Virus record (IMG/VR): IMGVR_UViG_3300044712_002668 | Span: 124,001-188,000 of that record | Direction: 5' to 3' (one strand) | DNA length: 64,000 nucleotides | Position numbers and translations under genes: made by a program | Notes under the pieces: model-generated | What the model saw: the letters and a program-made list of their open reading frames with translations, nothing else | Databases searched by the model: none | What the model was told of the DNA's origin: nothing | Shown here: positions 60,748 through 64,000 of the stretch, piece after piece | Numbering within the stretch: the first letter of the stretch is position 1 | How the letters are laid out: each line of letters opens with the position of its first letter

Positions 60748-60819
60748 CGGGGTATAGGACAGAGGTAGTCCGCTAGTTTTGGGAACTAGAAGTCGCTGGT
60801 TCAAATCCAGCTACCCCGA
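60748..60819 (+). tRNA. tRNA-Pro(UGG)
   Basis: CGGGGTA/TACCCCG-A, D-arm GGAC/GTCC, CTAGT-TTTGGGA-ACTAG, GCTGG-TTCAAAT-CCAGC. Confidence 0.92.
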
Positions 60820-60821
60820 CA

Positions 60822-60898
60822 GATAACGCGATACAATATCTTTCATCATAATAATTGGGATATTACACGAAAACAAGGTATTGTTAATTTTCGTTATC
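60822..60898 (+). ncRNA. Y-RNA-like RNA 3
   Basis: GATAACG/CGTTATC, ACAATATC/GGTATTGT, TTTCATCA, 5-bp stem with 7-nt loop ATTGGGA. Confidence 0.7.
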
Positions 60899-60903
60899 AA
60901 CTT

Positions 60904-60927
60904 AAACCACCTTTTGGTGGTTTTTTT
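60904..60927 (+). terminator. Terminator of the RNA cluster
   Basis: AAACCACC-tttt-GGTGGTTTTTTT. Confidence 0.8.
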
Positions 60928-60967
60928 GTTTTAAGGGAATATTTTTGCTTATAGGTGGCAGGTAAAT

Positions 60968-61837
60968 ATGGGATCACCTAATTTGAATAAGTTTCTTTCT
61001 TCATTACAAGAAATGTCTACGTTTTTCACTACTGATGAGAGTTTTAAAAAAACAGAAGCATCTCCTTACAAACCTATTGTAAACTGGTGTGCTACTTTCT
61101 TGCAAAAATATCCAGCAAGCGTAAAAGATATAAATTGGGATGCTCAGTTCAATTCGATGCTTGTTAGTTTCAATAATACTATAAATCAAGTATCTAAAGA
61201 ATATAGAATAAACGTACCAAGAGATAGTCTTAAAATATTTCCTCCAGGTAAAAATTCTTTTTCTGATAAGCCAGATGAAAATCTTAGATTGATAGAGAGT
61301 TCTTCTGAAGAAAATTATCAAATTATAACAAGATGGGTTTCTGGTATTAAAACTGGCTTTGTTTGGAGTGGTCCAGTTGGCAGGATGGTTACGCAGTTTA
61401 AACAACTTTCTGAATTTATTTTAGATGAAGGTGTTCAAGAAGGTTTGAAAAAATTAAATAATATAGCTTTGCAAGTAGCTTTGACTTCATGGGCTAAACA
61501 AGGTAGAGCATTTATATTTTACCCACAATTTGGTTGGGATGATAGATTAGATAAATATTTAGAAATGTGCAATACTTGGTTTGCAACTATGGGATTTCTT
61601 AAAGTTAAATTCCAATTATCAGCAAGACAGGGTAGAGAGCATAATATAAAAACCATTACCCAAGAAAATGATAAAAGAGCTCTATTTAATATAGATTTAT
61701 TAAAAAAAATAGCAAACATCTTACAGAAAAGATTAGGATTACATGTAAGAGATGTAGCTCAAAAGAAAGCTAATAAATCATTAAAACAAATAGAAAAATG
61801 TGCTTCATACTTTTTATCTCATTGTAAAAAATCTTGA
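60968..61837 (+). CDS. Hypothetical protein
   Basis: 289-aa ORF, no recognisable family. Confidence 0.65.
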   Translation: MGSPNLNKFLSSLQEMSTFFTTDESFKKTEASPYKPIVNWCATFLQKYPASVKDINWDAQFNSMLVSFNNTINQVSKEYRINVPRDSLKIFPPGKNSFSDKPDENLRLIESSSEENYQIITRWVSGIKTGFVWSGPVGRMVTQFKQLSEFILDEGVQEGLKKLNNIALQVALTSWAKQGRAFIFYPQFGWDDRLDKYLEMCNTWFATMGFLKVKFQLSARQGREHNIKTITQENDKRALFNIDLLKKIANILQKRLGLHVRDVAQKKANKSLKQIEKCASYFLSHCKKS

Positions 61838-61928
61838 GGTCGAGGGCAAGGGTACAGCAAGCAATCTGTATTGCTAACTCAATATGGCATTTCATATTGA
61901 GGGATAGCAACTTGTCCTTTATCTCGAA
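61834..61928 (+). ncRNA. Putative structured RNA element (three-way junction)
   Basis: AGGGCAAG/CTTGTCCT closing helix, TACAG/CTGTA hairpin, TTGCTA/TAGCAA plus CTCAATATG/CATATTGAG hairpin. Confidence 0.45.
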
Positions 61929-61936
61929 GTTAAAAA

Positions 61937-62695
61937 ATGAAGACAATTGTTTTTGATTTGAATGGTACATTAACAGAATCTAAATCCGATATTGATCCAG
62001 AAATGCTAAGCTTGCTTGTCAAGCTACTTAGCAAACAAAAGGTATGTATCCTATCCGGTGCTTCTTGGAAGCAGATAGAGAAACAAATTATTTCATATCT
62101 TCCTACAAAAGATATCAACATACTAAATAATTTGTATGTACTACCAACAGCAGGAGCTAGTTTATTCCAATATTGGAATAAGTATGGCTGGGTAGCTATT
62201 TATCAGAACAAGCTTGATAAACATGAGTCTGATAAAATTTCCAAGGTACTTGAAAAGTATTTGAAGCAGAATTCTCTATCTGACAGGTTGTGGGGTAAGC
62301 AGGTGGAGAACAGAGAGTCTCAAGTAACTTTGTCTTGCCTTGGTCAAAAGGCCCCGCTTGATGATAAGGAAAATTGGGATCCTGATTTTTCCAAGCGTAA
62401 AGCAATTGTTTCAGAGTTAGTAAAAGAACTGCCTAATTTTGACTTGCGTATTGCTGGGTATAATTCAATTGATATTACCCCAAAGGGTATTAATAAACAC
62501 TCTGGACTTCATCAGTTGATGAAGCATTTGCATATCAGCAAAGATGAGGTTGTATTTGTTGGTGATGCAATTTTCGAGGGTGGTGTTGACTATCCTGTAG
62601 TTGATATCGGTATTGAGTTTGTAAAAGTAACTTCTATTGATGAAACCAAGAAATTTTTAACTCAATTGCTTGTGGTAGCAGATAAGGCGGCATAA
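61937..62695 (+). CDS. HAD-IIB phosphomannomutase-like hydrolase
   Basis: FDLNGTLTESK, SGA, ENRESQ, WDPD..KR, SIDITPKGINK, FVGDAIFEGG.DYP. Confidence 0.8.
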   Translation: MKTIVFDLNGTLTESKSDIDPEMLSLLVKLLSKQKVCILSGASWKQIEKQIISYLPTKDINILNNLYVLPTAGASLFQYWNKYGWVAIYQNKLDKHESDKISKVLEKYLKQNSLSDRLWGKQVENRESQVTLSCLGQKAPLDDKENWDPDFSKRKAIVSELVKELPNFDLRIAGYNSIDITPKGINKHSGLHQLMKHLHISKDEVVFVGDAIFEGGVDYPVVDIGIEFVKVTSIDETKKFLTQLLVVADKAA

Positions 62696-62697
62696 CC

Positions 62698-62934
62698 ATG
62701 AGAGCAGATGAGTTTTCAGTTTGGTACCATGCCTATATGGCTGGTATCCAGGCAAGAGGTAGTTCCTCTCAAGAGATTGATGCTGTTATTACCGATGCTG
62801 TAACAGTTGCTTCTGTTGCCTTGGAAAAATACAAGAAAGTTGATATCGATACCGATAAAAACAAAATGATGGAAAAGGCTTTACAAGATACTGTCAATAA
62901 AATATCCGAAAAGTTATCAAGTATAAAAGGTTGA
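62698..62934 (+). CDS. Hypothetical protein
   Basis: 78-aa coupled ORF. Confidence 0.5.
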   Translation: MRADEFSVWYHAYMAGIQARGSSSQEIDAVITDAVTVASVALEKYKKVDIDTDKNKMMEKALQDTVNKISEKLSSIKG

Positions 62935-62945
62935 TAATTTGATAT

Positions 62946-63061
62946 ATAAGCGGAACGCGAGTTTAGAATCACCATTAGTATAATGGCAGTACGGTACTCA
63001 TATGAGTACCAGTGCAGGTTCGAATCCTGTAGGTGATTTATACAAATTTCGTTCCGCTTAT
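62946..63061 (+). ncRNA. Y-RNA-like RNA 4 (YrlA-like architecture, with a tRNA-like domain)
   Basis: 12-bp ATAAGCGGAACG/CGTTCCGCTTAT, AATCACC/GGTGATT acceptor-like helix, D-like GTAT-AATGGCA-GTAC, palindromic GGTACTCATATGAGTACC arm, T-arm GCAGG-TTCGAAT-CCTGT. Confidence 0.8.
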
Positions 63062-63076
63062 TTATTTAAGGGTTAA

Positions 63077-63274
63077 ATGCAAGATGAATTTCTTAGAGAG
63101 AGAATATCAGCTGTTGGAAGTTATGGTAAAATACTAGAGATAGTATTTGATGATATGTATAGGGAATTTGAAACGTCTTATAATAAAAAATTTCATAAAC
63201 TTGGGAATCTTCATTGTATAATAAAATACAAAGATATAGATGATAATGTAATGTTTTATTGTGTTCCAAGGTAA
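63077..63274 (+). CDS. Small hypothetical protein
   Basis: 65-aa ORF. Confidence 0.45.
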   Translation: MQDEFLRERISAVGSYGKILEIVFDDMYREFETSYNKKFHKLGNLHCIIKYKDIDDNVMFYCVPR

Positions 63275-63275
63275 T

Positions 63276-63929
63276 ATGTCAAGCGAAAAAGTTTCTTTGG
63301 ATATTAGTTCAATATCAAATTGGATTTGTAACTATGCAACTTCTTATGGTAAGGATACATTACTAGTACCGTTTGATGGTTCAACAAATTCTGCCGTTGT
63401 AACCTGGTGTTGTTTACAATCAACTATATTAAAAACCGGTACACTTAAAGTATTATCTGTTGTTCCTAATAATGAACAAGAATTGTTCAAGAAAATATTC
63501 AATCATTCATATGCTGAATTGCCTGGGAGCCAACTGTATTATCATTCTCTAGAATTAGCTAAAAATTCAAATGGGATATGTGTTGGATGTGTTGATAAAA
63601 CATATGGTTCTTTATATCGTTCCTATAAAAAGTACAATGAGTATTTAGCTGATATTCAGCCTTTATATGATTTCCTATATTCTGAAATTGTAGAGATGTC
63701 AGAGTCTTTAGGTTTCACAAAGAACATTGCCCCGCTTGATTACAGAATATATGAATGGGCTTTACAGCAAGAATCGTATTATAAGATTATTACATCGCTA
63801 GATGCCCCAAATAAATCTTATAAGTGGTATACTTATACAGAAGAACAAAGGTCATTTATTGCAAAAATGCACCAGAGAGAAAAGAAAACAAAACATAAAG
63901 AAATAAAAGTTCCTTACTTCAAAAAATGA
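63276..63929 (+). CDS. Degenerate NAD+ synthetase (NadE)-like protein
   Basis: 'I..WI..Y...', PP-loop-like 'PFDGSTNSAVV', 'Y.KY....ADIQPL.D...SEI.....LG', 'KT.HK'. Confidence 0.55.
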   Translation: MSSEKVSLDISSISNWICNYATSYGKDTLLVPFDGSTNSAVVTWCCLQSTILKTGTLKVLSVVPNNEQELFKKIFNHSYAELPGSQLYYHSLELAKNSNGICVGCVDKTYGSLYRSYKKYNEYLADIQPLYDFLYSEIVEMSESLGFTKNIAPLDYRIYEWALQQESYYKIITSLDAPNKSYKWYTYTEEQRSFIAKMHQREKKTKHKEIKVPYFKK

Positions 63930-64000
63930 GCATATTAAATAAAAATATAGCAAGTGCCAAAGCGTTTATATCTGATGGTATTTTTCAACATGTAGTTGGT
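63926..64000 (+). CDS. Partial CDS running off the window end
   Basis: ATGA overlap, open frame to the end. Confidence 0.35.
   Translation, partial: MSILNKNIASAKAFISDGIFQHVVG

Noticed and set aside
60341-60898. CRISPR-like mini-array (recurring AACGCG / TTTCATCA / TTTCGTT)
   Set aside because: The repeats are short, structure-conserved rather than sequence-identical, irregularly spaced and interleaved with tRNAs; no cas genes are present.
8606-60956. Second (late) promoter motif of the form AAT-N-GCATA/GCTTA/GTATT (near 8610, 38235 on the minus strand, 60940)
   Set aside because: Too few and too degenerate instances in AT-rich DNA to support from this window alone.
1831-62975. Many short antisense or alternate-frame ORFs in the track (e.g. 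17215..17688, 38596..38859, 52464..52784, 60109..60372)
   Set aside because: They are shadows of well-supported genes or RNAs on the other strand or frame, with no RBS or motifs.
62968-63038. Standard tRNA-Met gene
   Set aside because: The anticodon arm is a perfect palindrome without a 7-nt loop, the acceptor/T junction is irregular, there is no CCA, and it is embedded in a longer helix. Treated as a Y-like RNA.
57732-63061. Complete RtcB-type RNA repair operon with Ro
   Set aside because: No RtcB, RtcA or RNA ligase is recognisable in this window; one may lie elsewhere in the genome.
1-64000. Stop-codon reassignment as seen in some large phages
   Set aside because: Recognisable genes are full length under the standard code, and TAA, TAG and TGA all end genes with tight coupling.

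Overview
AT-rich, gene-dense segment that looks like a large (jumbo-type) dsDNA phage genome using the standard genetic code. No capsid, terminase or portal gene is present, so the phage call rests on gene content. Layout: (1) 1-16.4 kb, a large glycan/sugar-nucleotide cluster (several glycosyltransferases including a GT11 fucosyltransferase, gmd + fcl, nucleotidyltransferases, HADs, cupins). (2) 16.4-28.5 kb, replication/transcription genes (tubulin/FtsZ-family GTPase, SF2 helicase, DnaC-like loader, DnaB, sigma factor, class II RNR, MetAP). (3) 28.6-45.3 kb, putative virion fibre/appendage genes with beta-helix, collagen and LamG modules and a recurrent DGY tripeptide. (4) 45-57 kb, accessory metabolism (FAD oxidoreductase, two DEDDh exonucleases, WGR-PARP, IMPDH/GMPR, ThyX). 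(5) 57.4-63.1 kb, the most interesting part: a Ro60/TROVE-vWA gene behind a sigma70-type promoter, followed by four structurally related small RNAs (AACG-CG...UUU-CGUU terminal helix with compensatory changes). These RNAs carry different tRNA-derived inserts (anticodon-like stem-loops, a T-arm, or a nearly whole tRNA fold) and are interleaved with tRNA-Ile(UAU) and tRNA-Pro(UGG). I interpret this as a candidate phage Ro60 / modular Y-RNA tRNA-mimic system. All calls come from reading motifs by eye; no searches were run.
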